Of a stretch of 64,000 nt of DNA, positions 34,665-44,770 are shown piece after piece (within the stretch, counting starts at the first letter, position 1; each line of letters opens with the position of its first letter). Both the position numbers and the translations under genes were made by a program. Location: the NCBI GenBank assembly GCA_041483195.1, contig JBGPFC010000018.1, positions 15,140 to 79,139 of the forward strand. Reading direction: 5' to 3'. This stretch comes from Candidatus Eiseniibacteriota bacterium. Lineage in GTDB: Bacteria; Eisenbacteria; RBG-16-71-46. Under the pieces are notes generated by a model, which worked only from the letters and a program-made list of their open reading frames with translations, did no database searches and was not told the DNA's origin.

Positions 34665-35911
34665 CTGCGCTCCTCCCAGATGCGGGCGAGGTGAACGACC
34701 GTCTCGACCGCCTTCTCCATGTCCTGGACCGAGACCCATTCGAGCCGCGAATGGAAGTTGTGCCCGCCCGCGAAGATGTTCGGGGTGGGCAGGCCCATCT
34801 CGGAGAGCCGCGAGCCGTCGGTGCCGCCTCGCACCTTGGTGTCGGTCGGGGTGAGCCCGGCGCGGCGGATCGCCTCGCGCGCGTACTCGACAACTTGCGG
34901 GACGCGGTCGAGCACCTCCTTGAGATTGCGGTAGGAGTTCTCGACCTCGAACGACGCCGTGGCGCCCGGCCAGGCCGCGACCGTCTCGCGAGCGAGCGTC
35001 TCGAGGAACGATTCCTTCTCGCGCAGCTTCGCCGTGTCGAAATCGCGGATCAGGAACCGCACGCGGGTGCGGTCCACCGACGCGTCGACCACGTAGGGAT
35101 GGAAGAATCCCTCCTTGCCGGCGGTGGTCTCCGGCGAGAGCTTGTCCTTGGGCAGTCGCTGGATGAAGTCCGCCGCGATCTTGATCGAGTTGATCATCAT
35201 CCCCTTCGCGTAGCCCGGATGGCTGTTGAATCCCTGGAAGGTGACGGTCCAGGCGTCGGCCGAGAAGGTCTCGACGTCCACGTGGGCGCACGCCTCGCCG
35301 TCGAGCGTGTACGCGAACGCCGCGCCGAACTTCGCGAGGTCGAAGTGGAGCACGCCGGTGCCGACCTCTTCGTCGGGCGTGAAGCCGATGCGGATCGGGC
35401 CGTGCGCGATCTCGGGATGCTGCATCAGGTACTCGGCCGCCGCCATGATCTCGGCCACCCCGGCCTTGTCGTCGGCCCCGAGCAGCGTGCCGCCCGATGC
35501 GGTGATGAGGTCGTGGCCCACGTATTCGCGCAGCGCGGGAATCTCGGACGGGCGCAGCACGGCGGTGCGATCGTCGGGGAGCGCGATCTCACCGCCGCGA
35601 TAGTCGCGGTGCACGATCGGCTTCACGTCCGTGCCGCTCGATTCGGGCGAGGTGTCCACGTGGGCGACCAGCCCGATCACCGGCACCTTCTTCTTGGTCG
35701 TCGCCGGGATGGTCGCCATCACGTAGCCGTGCTCGTCGCGCGTCGCGTCGGCGAGCCCCAGCTCGCGCAGCTCCTCCGCCAGCCGGTCGAGCAGCACCAG
35801 CTGCTTGAGCGTGCTCGGATAGGTCTCGGAGTTCTCGCTCGATTGCGTGTCGCAGGTGACGTAGTAGAGGAAGCGTTCGACGACGCTGGTCTTCATGGCG
35901 GTCTCGGGCAT
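34661..35911 (-). CDS. pepT: Peptidase T (M20B tripeptidase)
   Basis: AHVDTSP, TLLGADDKAGVAEI, FTPDEEVG, ETFSA, RGGTDGSRLS, GGHNFHS. Confidence 0.95.
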   Translation of the reverse strand: MPETAMKTSVVERFLYYVTCDTQSSENSETYPSTLKQLVLLDRLAEELRELGLADATRDEHGYVMATIPATTKKKVPVIGLVAHVDTSPESSGTDVKPIVHRDYRGGEIALPDDRTAVLRPSEIPALREYVGHDLITASGGTLLGADDKAGVAEIMAAAEYLMQHPEIAHGPIRIGFTPDEEVGTGVLHFDLAKFGAAFAYTLDGEACAHVDVETFSADAWTVTFQGFNSHPGYAKGMMINSIKIAADFIQRLPKDKLSPETTAGKEGFFHPYVVDASVDRTRVRFLIRDFDTAKLREKESFLETLARETVAAWPGATASFEVENSYRNLKEVLDRVPQVVEYAREAIRRAGLTPTDTKVRGGTDGSRLSEMGLPTPNIFAGGHNFHSRLEWVSVQDMEKAVETVVHLARIWEERS

Positions 35912-36176
35912 GGCGGGCTCCGGCGGATGGTGTCGGGTAGGTGCGGGCGCGAACAGGAGACGCTAGCGCGGCGCGGGGGCGGGTGTAAAGGCGGGGGTAC
36001 GCGCGTTCCGGTCCGCCCGATGGCGCGCCACCCGCGGACGAGATCGAGATCGGCGGGGCCGCACATCAGGATTGACGGGCGGGGGAATAAGGGGCAAAGG
36101 TGATGACGAGTTCCAGTCCGCGGACGCCGAAACGATTCGTGCCGCGAAGATCCGGGCACCCGAGTGAGGAGCCGAG

Positions 36177-36461
36177 ATGCACATCCTTCGTATCGAACAC
36201 CCCGTTCCCAATTTCGACGGCTGGAAGAAGGCCTTCGACAGCGATCCCGTCGGGCGGGAGAAGTCGGGCGTGCGCCGCTACCGGGTCCTGCGACCGATCG
36301 ACGACCCGAACTACGTCATGATCGATCTCGAGTTCGACACCCTTCGTGAGGCCGAGGCCTTGCTGGCCGCGATGCGGGTCGTGTGGGGCCGAGTCGAGGG
36401 CAAGGTCATGACGAGCCCGAAGGTCCGCATCGTCGAGGCGGCGGAAACCAGAGAGTACTGA
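36177..36461 (+). CDS. Small dimeric alpha+beta barrel-like hypothetical protein
   Basis: GAGGAG SD; HPVPNFDGWKKAFD...DDPNYVMIDLEF pattern. Confidence 0.7.
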   Translation: MHILRIEHPVPNFDGWKKAFDSDPVGREKSGVRRYRVLRPIDDPNYVMIDLEFDTLREAEALLAAMRVVWGRVEGKVMTSPKVRIVEAAETREY

Positions 36462-36477
36462 GCGCGAGGAGGATCAC

Positions 36478-37008
36478 GTGAGCCCATCCGCCAAGTCCGC
36501 ATCCGCGGAATCGCCCGCCAGGCAGCTCGCGGGCTTCATCGACAAGTACGACCCGGCGGTCGCCAGGCTCGCGCGCTCCACTCGCGCCGCGCTTCGCAAG
36601 CGACTGCCGAACGCGATCGAGCTGGTCTACGACAACTACCAGTTCCTGGCCCTCGGCTTCTCCACGACGGAGCGCGCGTCGGATTGCATCGTCTCGCTGG
36701 CCGTCTCGCCGAAGGGCGTCGCGCTCTCGTTCTACTTCGGGGCGACTTTGCCGGACCCCCACAAGATCTTGCTGGGCGGCGGGAATCAAAATCGGTTCGT
36801 TCGTCTCGAATCGGCCGCGACGCTGGCCAGGCCAGCGGTTGAGGCATTGCTCAAGGCGGCGATTGCCCAGGGCAAGACGCCGCTGCCGGCCACGGCGCGA
36901 GGCTACACGATCATCAAGTCGGTCTCGGCCAAACAGCGCCCGCGTCGCGCGTCCGAGGCCCGGAATGAGGTCCGGTCGCAGCGCACGCGCTCCGCGGGCC
37001 GAGGATGA
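36478..37008 (+). CDS. DUF1801 (YdhG-like) domain protein
   Basis: AIELVYDNY..LGF, LSFYFGATLPDPHKILLGGGNQNRFVRL; GGAGG SD. Confidence 0.75.
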   Translation: MSPSAKSASAESPARQLAGFIDKYDPAVARLARSTRAALRKRLPNAIELVYDNYQFLALGFSTTERASDCIVSLAVSPKGVALSFYFGATLPDPHKILLGGGNQNRFVRLESAATLARPAVEALLKAAIAQGKTPLPATARGYTIIKSVSAKQRPRRASEARNEVRSQRTRSAGRG

Positions 37009-37074
37009 CACGATGTCTCTGAAGATCGGCTTGCTAGGGCGGTCTCAGCTCGACGGCGTGAATGTGGAGTGAAC

Positions 37075-37284
37075 ATGCGACAGACAATCGGAACAGGGCG
37101 TCTCATGGGGAGCCAGGTCGGCCTGGCAACGCTGCTCCTGGTAGGCGTGCTGGCGATCGCCTACGGCTATCTCCACCCGAACAAGATTGCGTTCTACGCC
37201 GGGTTGTTCCTGACGCTGGGCGGTGTCATCACGGGAGTGGTCCGCATCGTGGCGGGTGGCGGGGGTGGAAAGCCCGGCGCCTGA
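37075..37284 (+). CDS. Small two-TM membrane protein
   Basis: Two hydrophobic segments; GGAG SD. Confidence 0.55.
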   Translation: MRQTIGTGRLMGSQVGLATLLLVGVLAIAYGYLHPNKIAFYAGLFLTLGGVITGVVRIVAGGGGGKPGA

Positions 37285-37339
37285 GCGGGCCGGCGTTCGA
37301 CTGCTGAGACGCGATAGGCGGAGGAGGCAAGGGGAACCC

Positions 37340-37876
37340 ATGGCGGATCACACGCTCGCTCTGGTGCGCGCGCTGGCGTGCGCCGTCATTTACGCCGTGC
37401 TCTTCATCGGCTTCGTGCTCGTCTTCCTGCCCGGCGAGCTTCTCCAGTGGGCCGGCGTCACCCGGCCCTCGATCGGCGGCCCGCCTCAGGTCGTCGGCGC
37501 CGCGCTCGTGGGCCTCGGCGGCGCTCTCGTGGTGTGGTGCGTCGGAACGTTTGCCTTTGTCGGACGCGGCACGCCGGCGCCTTTCGACCCGCCGCGGCGA
37601 CTCGTGGTCAGAGGACCCTATCGGTTCGTGCGCAACCCCATGTATTGGGGCGCGGGACTCGCGCTCTTCGGCGCGGCGCTCGTCTATCGGTCGGTCGTGC
37701 TCGCTGGGTACGCCCTGCTCTTCTTCGGCGCGGCTCATGTGTTCGTGCGCTGGTACGAGGAGCCGACCCTTCGGCAATTGTTCGGCTCGGAGTACGAGGA
37801 GTACTGCCGGCGGACACGACGCTGGTGGCCCGTTCGGCCGGTGCGTCGCGAGGACGAGCGCCCCTCCCATCTGTGA
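37340..37876 (+). CDS. Isoprenylcysteine carboxylmethyltransferase / PEMT family membrane protein
   Basis: GRGTPAPFDPPRRLVVRGPYRFVRNPMY, YEEPTL..FG.EY.EYC. Confidence 0.88.
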   Translation: MADHTLALVRALACAVIYAVLFIGFVLVFLPGELLQWAGVTRPSIGGPPQVVGAALVGLGGALVVWCVGTFAFVGRGTPAPFDPPRRLVVRGPYRFVRNPMYWGAGLALFGAALVYRSVVLAGYALLFFGAAHVFVRWYEEPTLRQLFGSEYEEYCRRTRRWWPVRPVRREDERPSHL

Positions 37877-38001
37877 AATCTACTCAAAGAATCGGGCGCG
37901 CCGCGCCGCCGCGCGATCACATCCGGTATGGTTTCGGGAGACGCACGCGACGGCCACGGTCGCCCGGGCGCGAGCGCGACGCGAACCGAGGAGGAGCACC
38001 G

Positions 38002-38529
38002 ATGCGTTGTCTGTCGAGACGGAGTGTGGTGATCGCGGTTGCGGCCATGATGGGATTGGCGGCCTGCTGCGCGGCTCAGTCGAACAGCGAGCCTAGAACT
38101 CGTTCGGTGGACAGCAAGCCCAACGTCATGCCGGTCAAGCGCGCCTCGCCTGAACCGGTCGCGCCGCCCTCACCCGGCGCGGGGAATCCGGCCCGCGAAC
38201 AGATCAAGGTACTCGACGATCAGATCCGCGCGCTGCGCCAGGAGTTCAAGACCCAGGCCGATCCGCTCGAGGCTCAGCTCAAGGCGTTGCGCGACAAGCT
38301 CGACTCCGATCTGAAACCACTCGAGGCCCAGCGTCACGATCTGATCGAGCAGGGCGAGTCTCCAAATCTGCGAACGCTCGATGAGGAAGAGACCAGCCAG
38401 CTCGCCGCGCTCGCCGACAAGGAGAAGGCGGAGATCGCGAAGATCCACGAGAGCTACGCCGAGCAGAGGAACGCGCTGAAGCAAGGCTTCGAGCAGCGGC
38501 GTCGCGAGCTGCGGGGCGGGAAGAAGTAA
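38002..38529 (+). CDS. Secreted/lipoprotein coiled-coil protein
   Basis: GGAGGAG SD, signal peptide ending LAAC, long heptad-rich helix. Confidence 0.7.
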   Translation: MRCLSRRSVVIAVAAMMGLAACCAAQSNSEPRTRSVDSKPNVMPVKRASPEPVAPPSPGAGNPAREQIKVLDDQIRALRQEFKTQADPLEAQLKALRDKLDSDLKPLEAQRHDLIEQGESPNLRTLDEEETSQLAALADKEKAEIAKIHESYAEQRNALKQGFEQRRRELRGGKK

Positions 38530-38818
38530 GGCGGGCTGCGGGCGCAAGTCCCTGGTGCGCCCGCTCTCATCGCTTTCGGATCGGTCCCGAGAGGCCTCCG
38601 CTCGCCATCCGAAGCGTGCCGGCGGTCGGCGCACCGCTGGCGAGATCGCAGGACGCGCGGCTCACATACGGCCGGAGCGCGCGCGGTCCTCGGCGAGAAA
38701 TTTCGGAGATCGGAGGGCGGGCTGGCGGCGCGGCCGAACTTGTTCGGCGGCTCAGGGGTATGAGCCGGCAGGGTCGCCGCCAGGCCGCCCCGCGCAGTCC
38801 CCTTGCTGAGAGGCGCCG

Positions 38819-40819
38819 ATGAGGAGTCGTTGGGTCTCACACCTCGTGCCCGGCCTCCTGATGTGCGTCGCCGCGGGTGCGGGCGCGGCGCCGCCGCCCG
38901 ATACGGCTTGGACGGCGGGCGGCATTCCGGTTTGCACGGCAGGTTCGACGCAGAGTGCGCCGGTCATGATTGCCGACGGCAGCGGCGGCGCCATCGTCGC
39001 GTGGGAAGACAACCGATTCGGTCTGTCCACGATCTTCACGCAGCGGCTGACGGGCGCGGGCATCGTGGCGGCGGGCTGGCCCGACAGCGGATTGGCGGCG
39101 GCCACGACGGCTGGGTATGACCCGTCGATTGCCGCAGACGGCGCGGGCGGGGCTCTCCTGATCTGGCGGGATGGAGAGCACGTCGTGTTCAAGCATCTCG
39201 GCTCGGACGGCCCGGTGTTTTCGAGCGCGGAGCTTTCGGCGCCAACGAGGATGACCGGCGCGGCCGGCGGGCTCGCCGCGAATAAGATCGATCTCAGGTT
39301 CACGCCGGTCGCGATATCGGATGGGGGTGGCGGAGCGTTCGTCGCCTGGCAGTACACCAACTTCTTCCGTGGATACATCGAGATCCAGCGTGTGACCTCG
39401 GGAGGCTTCGCGGCGCCCGGGTGGCCGCAACCGAGGACAATCGGCTGGACATATTACGATGTGGTGCAGCCGCTGCTCAGTCCCGATGGCACGGGAGGCG
39501 TGCTTCTCTCCTGGCTGGATGACGCGGCGCACATGCGCATAGTGCGCATGACGGGTTCGGGGACCTTCGCGACCGGATGGGACACCCTCGGAGTCGTGAT
39601 CTCGCCGTCTCCCAACACGCAAGACTCGCCGGGGATGGTGTCGGATGGCGCCGGGGGTGCGCTGCTCTTCTGGTCCGAAGCCCGCGGTGGGGGCGGTGCG
39701 CAGCTCTTCGCTCAGCACATCACCGGGGGCGGTGCGATCGCCGCGGGCTGGCCGGTGGCTGGACTTCTCGTGTGCGGACAGAACACCGCGGCGGGTCAGG
39801 TTAGAAATGGCGAGTGGCTGGCGACCTACACGTCAGTCGCTTCAGATGGTGCGGGCGGGGCCTTCGTCACATGGAGCGACCAGCGCGCCGACACGGGAGA
39901 TGTCTACGCGCAGCACGTCCGGTCCGGTGGGTCCATCGCTCCGGGCTGGGCCGCCGACGGCGTGGCCGTGTGCACCGCAGCAGGGCTTCAGGGGCATCCG
40001 GATCTCGAAGCCGACGGTGAGGGAATCATCGTCGTGTGGGAGGACCAGCGCGCGGGTGGCGCACCCGACCTCTACGCGCAGCGCATCACGACGGCCGGGC
40101 TGGCGGATGCGCTGTGGCCGAAGAATGGAACCGCCGTGTGCTCCGAGCCGCACGACCAGCTTGTTCCGAGGATAGCTTCGGATGGTGCGCTCGGGGCCAT
40201 CGTGGCCTGGGAGGACGATCGCGGGCCTGCGCCCCGGGTCTACGCAGGTCGAATCTTCGGCGACGGCCTGGTGGCCGTGGAGATGTCGCTGATCAGCGCC
40301 GAGGTCGGTGACGGGCTTGCGCGGCTCACGTGGTACGTCAACGCTCCGACCGGAACACCGGTGACGGTGGAGCGTCGAGCCGATGATCGGGAATGGGTGA
40401 CGCTGGCGCGTGAGGCCGTGGACGCGAGCGGGCGGGTGATGTTCGAGGACAGGACCATCGTCGCAGGTGAGCGCTACGGTTACCGGATCGCCGCTCCCGA
40501 CGCCGAGGGGCTCCGCTATTCGGCGGAGACGCTGCTCGAGATCCCATTGAACCCAACGCTCGACCTGTCGCGGATTATGCCCAATCCATCAGCGGGCGAC
40601 GTCTCCATTCAGTTCACTCTGCCCGACGCCCGGCCTGCCCAACTCGAGATCATGGATGTCGTCGGCCGATTGTTGGAGAGACACGACGTCGCCTCGCTCG
40701 GGCCTGGACGGCACGTGCTGTCACGGAATGGCGAACGTGCCTTGCCCGCCGGCACTTATTTCGTACGACTTCGTCACGGATCGTCCACGCGGGTTCGTCG
40801 GTTCGCGATCGTGCGGTGA
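38819..40819 (+). CDS. Secreted DGxGG-repeat (predicted propeller) protein with T9SS/FlgD-like C-terminal domain
   Basis: Signal peptide; repeated PxIxxDGxGGAxVxWxDxR...YAQR units; C-terminal PNPS...IMDVVGR...AGTYFVRL. Confidence 0.8.
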   Translation: MRSRWVSHLVPGLLMCVAAGAGAAPPPDTAWTAGGIPVCTAGSTQSAPVMIADGSGGAIVAWEDNRFGLSTIFTQRLTGAGIVAAGWPDSGLAAATTAGYDPSIAADGAGGALLIWRDGEHVVFKHLGSDGPVFSSAELSAPTRMTGAAGGLAANKIDLRFTPVAISDGGGGAFVAWQYTNFFRGYIEIQRVTSGGFAAPGWPQPRTIGWTYYDVVQPLLSPDGTGGVLLSWLDDAAHMRIVRMTGSGTFATGWDTLGVVISPSPNTQDSPGMVSDGAGGALLFWSEARGGGGAQLFAQHITGGGAIAAGWPVAGLLVCGQNTAAGQVRNGEWLATYTSVASDGAGGAFVTWSDQRADTGDVYAQHVRSGGSIAPGWAADGVAVCTAAGLQGHPDLEADGEGIIVVWEDQRAGGAPDLYAQRITTAGLADALWPKNGTAVCSEPHDQLVPRIASDGALGAIVAWEDDRGPAPRVYAGRIFGDGLVAVEMSLISAEVGDGLARLTWYVNAPTGTPVTVERRADDREWVTLAREAVDASGRVMFEDRTIVAGERYGYRIAAPDAEGLRYSAETLLEIPLNPTLDLSRIMPNPSAGDVSIQFTLPDARPAQLEIMDVVGRLLERHDVASLGPGRHVLSRNGERALPAGTYFVRLRHGSSTRVRRFAIVR

Positions 40820-40928
40820 ACTGGGATGATCGTCGGTGACGGCGTGCTTCGTGTCGCGACCAGGCCGCGGACGGGCCACGGAATGAGCCATCGGCCCGTC
40901 GGGGCGCGCCCGAAAACTTGAGGACCCA

Positions 40929-41750
40929 ATGCTGACGAAGACTCCATTTCGACTGGTGGGCGGCGATCAGCCGCTGATCGTCGTTGCGGCGCGGTTCAAC
41001 GGATCGGAGCCCATCGACTGCGCGCTCGACACCGGAGCGAGTCACGCCGTGCTGCTTCCAGAAATCGGTCACCGCCTCGGCCTCGAGATCGAAGGGACGC
41101 GACAGGCCCACGGCGCGGCGGGCTCGATGCGCGTGGAGATGGCAAAGGCCGAATCGATTGCTCTGGGCGATGCCGTGGTTCACGGCGTCTCGGTGCTCAT
41201 GAGCGATGACTTGCGACGCATCGGCGAGGCGATCGGACACCCGCTCGGCGGATGCATCGGGTTCAGCTTCCTCGAGCGCTTCCGCGTGAGCGTGGACTAC
41301 GCGGGACTGACGCTGACGCTTTCCACGCCGGACGAGGCCGGCGATACCGGGCCCGCCCGCGTGGAACTTCCCTTCACGCTCGCCCATCCCTCGAAGCCGC
41401 TCGTCCTTCTGCCCGTGAAGGTCGACGGCCATGAGTTTCGATTCGCCCTCGATACCGGCGCGAGCACGACCGTCGTCTCGCCCGAGCTCGCCCGGCGATG
41501 CGAGCTGGCGTCGACCGCGATGCCGAGCATGACCGGAGGGGGCGGCACCGTGGCCGCGAGCTCGGCGCTGATCCAGTCGCTCCAGATCGGAGGCGTGCGC
41601 ATCTCACGCGTGCGCGTGGCCGTCGCGGAGTTTCTCGAGATGCTCAGCCGGGCGACGGGCGTCGGCATCGACGGGATTCTGGGAACCAACGTGCTGCGGC
41701 GGTTTACGCTGACGATCGACTATCCGGGGAAGATCGTTCGGCTCGCGTAG
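40929..41750 (+). CDS. Tandem retropepsin-like aspartic protease
   Basis: Two LDTGAS motifs, each followed by a G(C/I)(I/L)G..L.RF...DY motif. Confidence 0.88.
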   Translation: MLTKTPFRLVGGDQPLIVVAARFNGSEPIDCALDTGASHAVLLPEIGHRLGLEIEGTRQAHGAAGSMRVEMAKAESIALGDAVVHGVSVLMSDDLRRIGEAIGHPLGGCIGFSFLERFRVSVDYAGLTLTLSTPDEAGDTGPARVELPFTLAHPSKPLVLLPVKVDGHEFRFALDTGASTTVVSPELARRCELASTAMPSMTGGGGTVAASSALIQSLQIGGVRISRVRVAVAEFLEMLSRATGVGIDGILGTNVLRRFTLTIDYPGKIVRLA

Positions 41751-41812
41751 GCGATCGCGCCCCGCCGGCAGCGACGTCGTCGCCCCGCGTCGGGGTCGCC
41801 GCGATGCACGGA

Positions 41813-42451
41813 TCAGCGATACAGCGCCTTGATCGCTCCCCAGGTGGTCGTCACCGTCGGCGTCAGGATCGGCACCGAGCTCACGCGCGCCGCGCTCGGG
41901 AACGAGATCGCGAATTCGCTGGGCCCGCCGAGCGTGACGTTCGCGAAGATGGTGAACTGGGCGACGTCGCCGCCCATGGTCATCGTCACGTCGAAGGAGA
42001 CGGGGCCCGCGTAGGTGTTGGTCCCGGTCCTCGAGATCATGAACGCGACCACCTGCTCGGGCTGGGTGTTCCGCAGCGTCTCTCCGGCATGGAGCAGGCT
42101 CGTCAGCACCACATTCGGTGCCAGCACGCTGCCAACCGCCTCGTTCGGATGAATGGGAGCGACCGGGGGGCCGGGATTGTTGATGAGCACGTAGAGGCTC
42201 ATCTCGGGGCGAGATGAGATCGCGCTGAACGTCGTGCCGAAGAACTCGGCGGCGCCGATGTCGGTCGCGCCCTTGTTGACGACGAGCCCGAACCCATAGG
42301 CGGTCAGCATGATTCCGCACCCGTTCGGGCAGAGCGTGGTGTCGACGTGGTCCGTATAGATGAGGTCGAAGGTGGCGGATCGCGTGGGCGACGCGAGGGT
42401 GCAGGCGCAGAGCAGGACCATCAGTGCCGGAATCAGAATGCGACGAATCAT
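41813..42451 (-). CDS. Secreted protein with C-terminal TTWGAIKALYR tail
   Basis: GAGGAG SD, MIRRILIPALMVLLC signal peptide, beta-rich body, terminal motif. Confidence 0.75.
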   Translation of the reverse strand: MIRRILIPALMVLLCACTLASPTRSATFDLIYTDHVDTTLCPNGCGIMLTAYGFGLVVNKGATDIGAAEFFGTTFSAISSRPEMSLYVLINNPGPPVAPIHPNEAVGSVLAPNVVLTSLLHAGETLRNTQPEQVVAFMISRTGTNTYAGPVSFDVTMTMGGDVAQFTIFANVTLGGPSEFAISFPSAARVSSVPILTPTVTTTWGAIKALYR

Positions 42452-42580
42452 GTGATGCTCCTCACGCCCCGGTCGGGCATGTGACGCAACCCGGAATCGC
42501 TCCCCCGCGTGCGCACGGCGGGCGGCGACTCGCGTGAGCAAGTTTGCACCCGCCGCGGGGCCCGGGCCAAGGGCATTTCA

Positions 42581-44572
42581 TCACTCCCGCACGAACTCCA
42601 CCCCGCGCTCCGCCTCCCCACCCGACACCAGATCCTTGACGTGCACGCTCACGCGGTAGCGCCCGGCGGGCAGTAACGCCGTCGCCACGCGCAGGAACTG
42701 CCGCCGCATCGCTCCGACCTGCGTCTCCTCGCGCGAGGCCCAGGTGCCGACCGGCGGGCGCCGCTCGGCGGCGGCTCGCGCCTTCGCGCTCGATTCGTCG
42801 GCGAGCCGCCGCACGTCGTAGGTGTACTGGAAGCGCGCCATGCCATCCGCGCCGGTCGCGAGGCGGTAGATCTCGAAGTACGCGACCAGCGGCGCGCGCC
42901 CGGCGACGCGCGAATCCATATTCGCCTCGATGCGCACCGCGCCCTGCGCCGCGTACTGCGATGGGTCGCCGCAGCACAACACCAGATCGCTGAGCGCGAG
43001 CGCGGAGGGCGGCGCCGGCATCGCGACCTGGCGTCGGAACACGCCGCGATGCCGGTGCGCGTCGCGCACCGAGAACGTCACGTCGAAGCGCCCCGCCGGA
43101 AGGTCGGCGTCGAACTCGGCGAGGCGGCTCTCGCCGGGATCGCACGCCGACACCGCGAGCGACTGCTCGCCGCGCGTCACCTCGTGGCCCGCGGTGTCGA
43201 TCACCACCCAGCGCGCCGAAAGCGTGTCGCCGGGCCCGCCCGGCGCGCGCACCTGCGCGAGCAGTCGCGGCCCGCGCGCGCCCTCGAAGCGCGACACCAC
43301 GCCGCGCACCTCGAGCCGCTGCGCGCGCGGCGGCAGCGTTGGGAACACCGAAGCCCCACCGCCGATCGAGAGCAGGTCACCGCGCGCGGCGAGCACGCGC
43401 GGATCGGGAATCGTGCCCGGGATGAACTCGCGCGTCACGGGCTGCGTGTACACGCCGGTGAGCGATCGATCGTGGAGCAGGATCCGCATGCCCAGCTCCG
43501 GGTACTCCCACACCTCCGCGTCCAGCGGGTACCCCGCGAAGCTGTCCTGCCGCCCGGTGCGCAGCACGTTGGGCTTGAAGATGAGCGACACCCCGGGCGG
43601 ATTGCGCAGCACGCGGCGGGGCGGCCCGTAGCGCATGTACGTCTCCGCGCGCGCGTCGAGCCCGGGATGGAGCGGATCGAAGAACACGAAGTACGCGTGC
43701 GCGATCCGCGACCAGCACTCGAGCTGCACCTCGTTGGCGGCGGTCGTGGGGTCGGGATCGAGCGGCGCGAACAGCGCGAGGCCCGCGGCGGTCGCGGTGG
43801 GCTCCTCGGCCGCCGCGCTCTCGGGCGGCGCGGCATGCGCGGCGCCGTCGAGTTGGGCGGGATCATCAGCGCTGTCGCCGTCGCGCGGCCGCGGCGCGTT
43901 GAGAATGCGCGTGGGGTCGTCGAACAGCGCGCGCAGGTCGGGCGCGAGGCGTGGAATCGCGGCGCGGAACAGGCTGTCGGCGAGCTCGATCTCGCCGAGC
44001 CGGAACGCGAGGTAGGCCACGGCGAGCGGCGCCTCCGCGCGGCGCGGCCGCCCGGCGAGCGCGTTGGCCGCGGCGTTCGCGGCGCCGGGGAGCTCGCCGT
44101 GCTCGTAGCGCAGCGGCACGAGCCGCAGCCAGCCCTCGCTCCCGTAGGGGCGCAGGTGGGTCACGGTGTCGAGCTGTTCGATCGCGTGAGCGAGCGCGAG
44201 CGTGTCGAGCGTGCGCAGCCATTCGCGCTTCCACGCCATCGCGAGTCGCGTTCGCGTCTCCGGCTCCTCGGGCGCGAGGCGGATCGCATGCTCGAAGCTC
44301 TCGCGCGCGAGCCGCTCGTGATTGCCGACCTCCTGGAGCCGGCCGAGCACCATCCAGTGCCCGGGATCGGCGGGCTCGAGGCGGATCGCCTCCTCGATGT
44401 TGCGCATCGCGCGCTCGCGGTCCTCGACCGAGGTCTCGGCGCCATCGAGCGCCGCGCGCGCCCAGCGATCGAGCATGCTCGCGCGCGGCGGCGGGGCGTC
44501 GGCCGTCGAGGGCGTCAGGGCGAGGATCGTGGTGAGAACGAATGGAACAAGGATCGCGAGTGCGCGGCGCAC
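42581..44572 (-). CDS. Secreted TPR protein with GWxTD-like domain
   Basis: Signal peptide, TPR helices, DPDPTTAANE....SRIAHA..F...DARAETYMRYGPP, EVWEY, beta-sandwich C-terminus. Confidence 0.7.
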   Translation of the reverse strand: MRRALAILVPFVLTTILALTPSTADAPPPRASMLDRWARAALDGAETSVEDRERAMRNIEEAIRLEPADPGHWMVLGRLQEVGNHERLARESFEHAIRLAPEEPETRTRLAMAWKREWLRTLDTLALAHAIEQLDTVTHLRPYGSEGWLRLVPLRYEHGELPGAANAAANALAGRPRRAEAPLAVAYLAFRLGEIELADSLFRAAIPRLAPDLRALFDDPTRILNAPRPRDGDSADDPAQLDGAAHAAPPESAAAEEPTATAAGLALFAPLDPDPTTAANEVQLECWSRIAHAYFVFFDPLHPGLDARAETYMRYGPPRRVLRNPPGVSLIFKPNVLRTGRQDSFAGYPLDAEVWEYPELGMRILLHDRSLTGVYTQPVTREFIPGTIPDPRVLAARGDLLSIGGGASVFPTLPPRAQRLEVRGVVSRFEGARGPRLLAQVRAPGGPGDTLSARWVVIDTAGHEVTRGEQSLAVSACDPGESRLAEFDADLPAGRFDVTFSVRDAHRHRGVFRRQVAMPAPPSALALSDLVLCCGDPSQYAAQGAVRIEANMDSRVAGRAPLVAYFEIYRLATGADGMARFQYTYDVRRLADESSAKARAAAERRPPVGTWASREETQVGAMRRQFLRVATALLPAGRYRVSVHVKDLVSGGEAERGVEFVRE

Positions 44573-44770
44573 GCGGAGTTCTCTCGTGGTGGGTCGCCCG
44601 GCCGGGCGTGCTGCGACGCGCAGAATAGCAGAGCTCGGGTTGGCCCGACCGCGGTTGGGATCACAAGGACAGCAGGACAGGGCCGAGCGAATTCTCGAAG
44701 CGGCACAACGTATTCCAGCGGAAAATGGGGATACATGGCAGTGGCAGGTAAGGATCTGCGCATAGGATCG

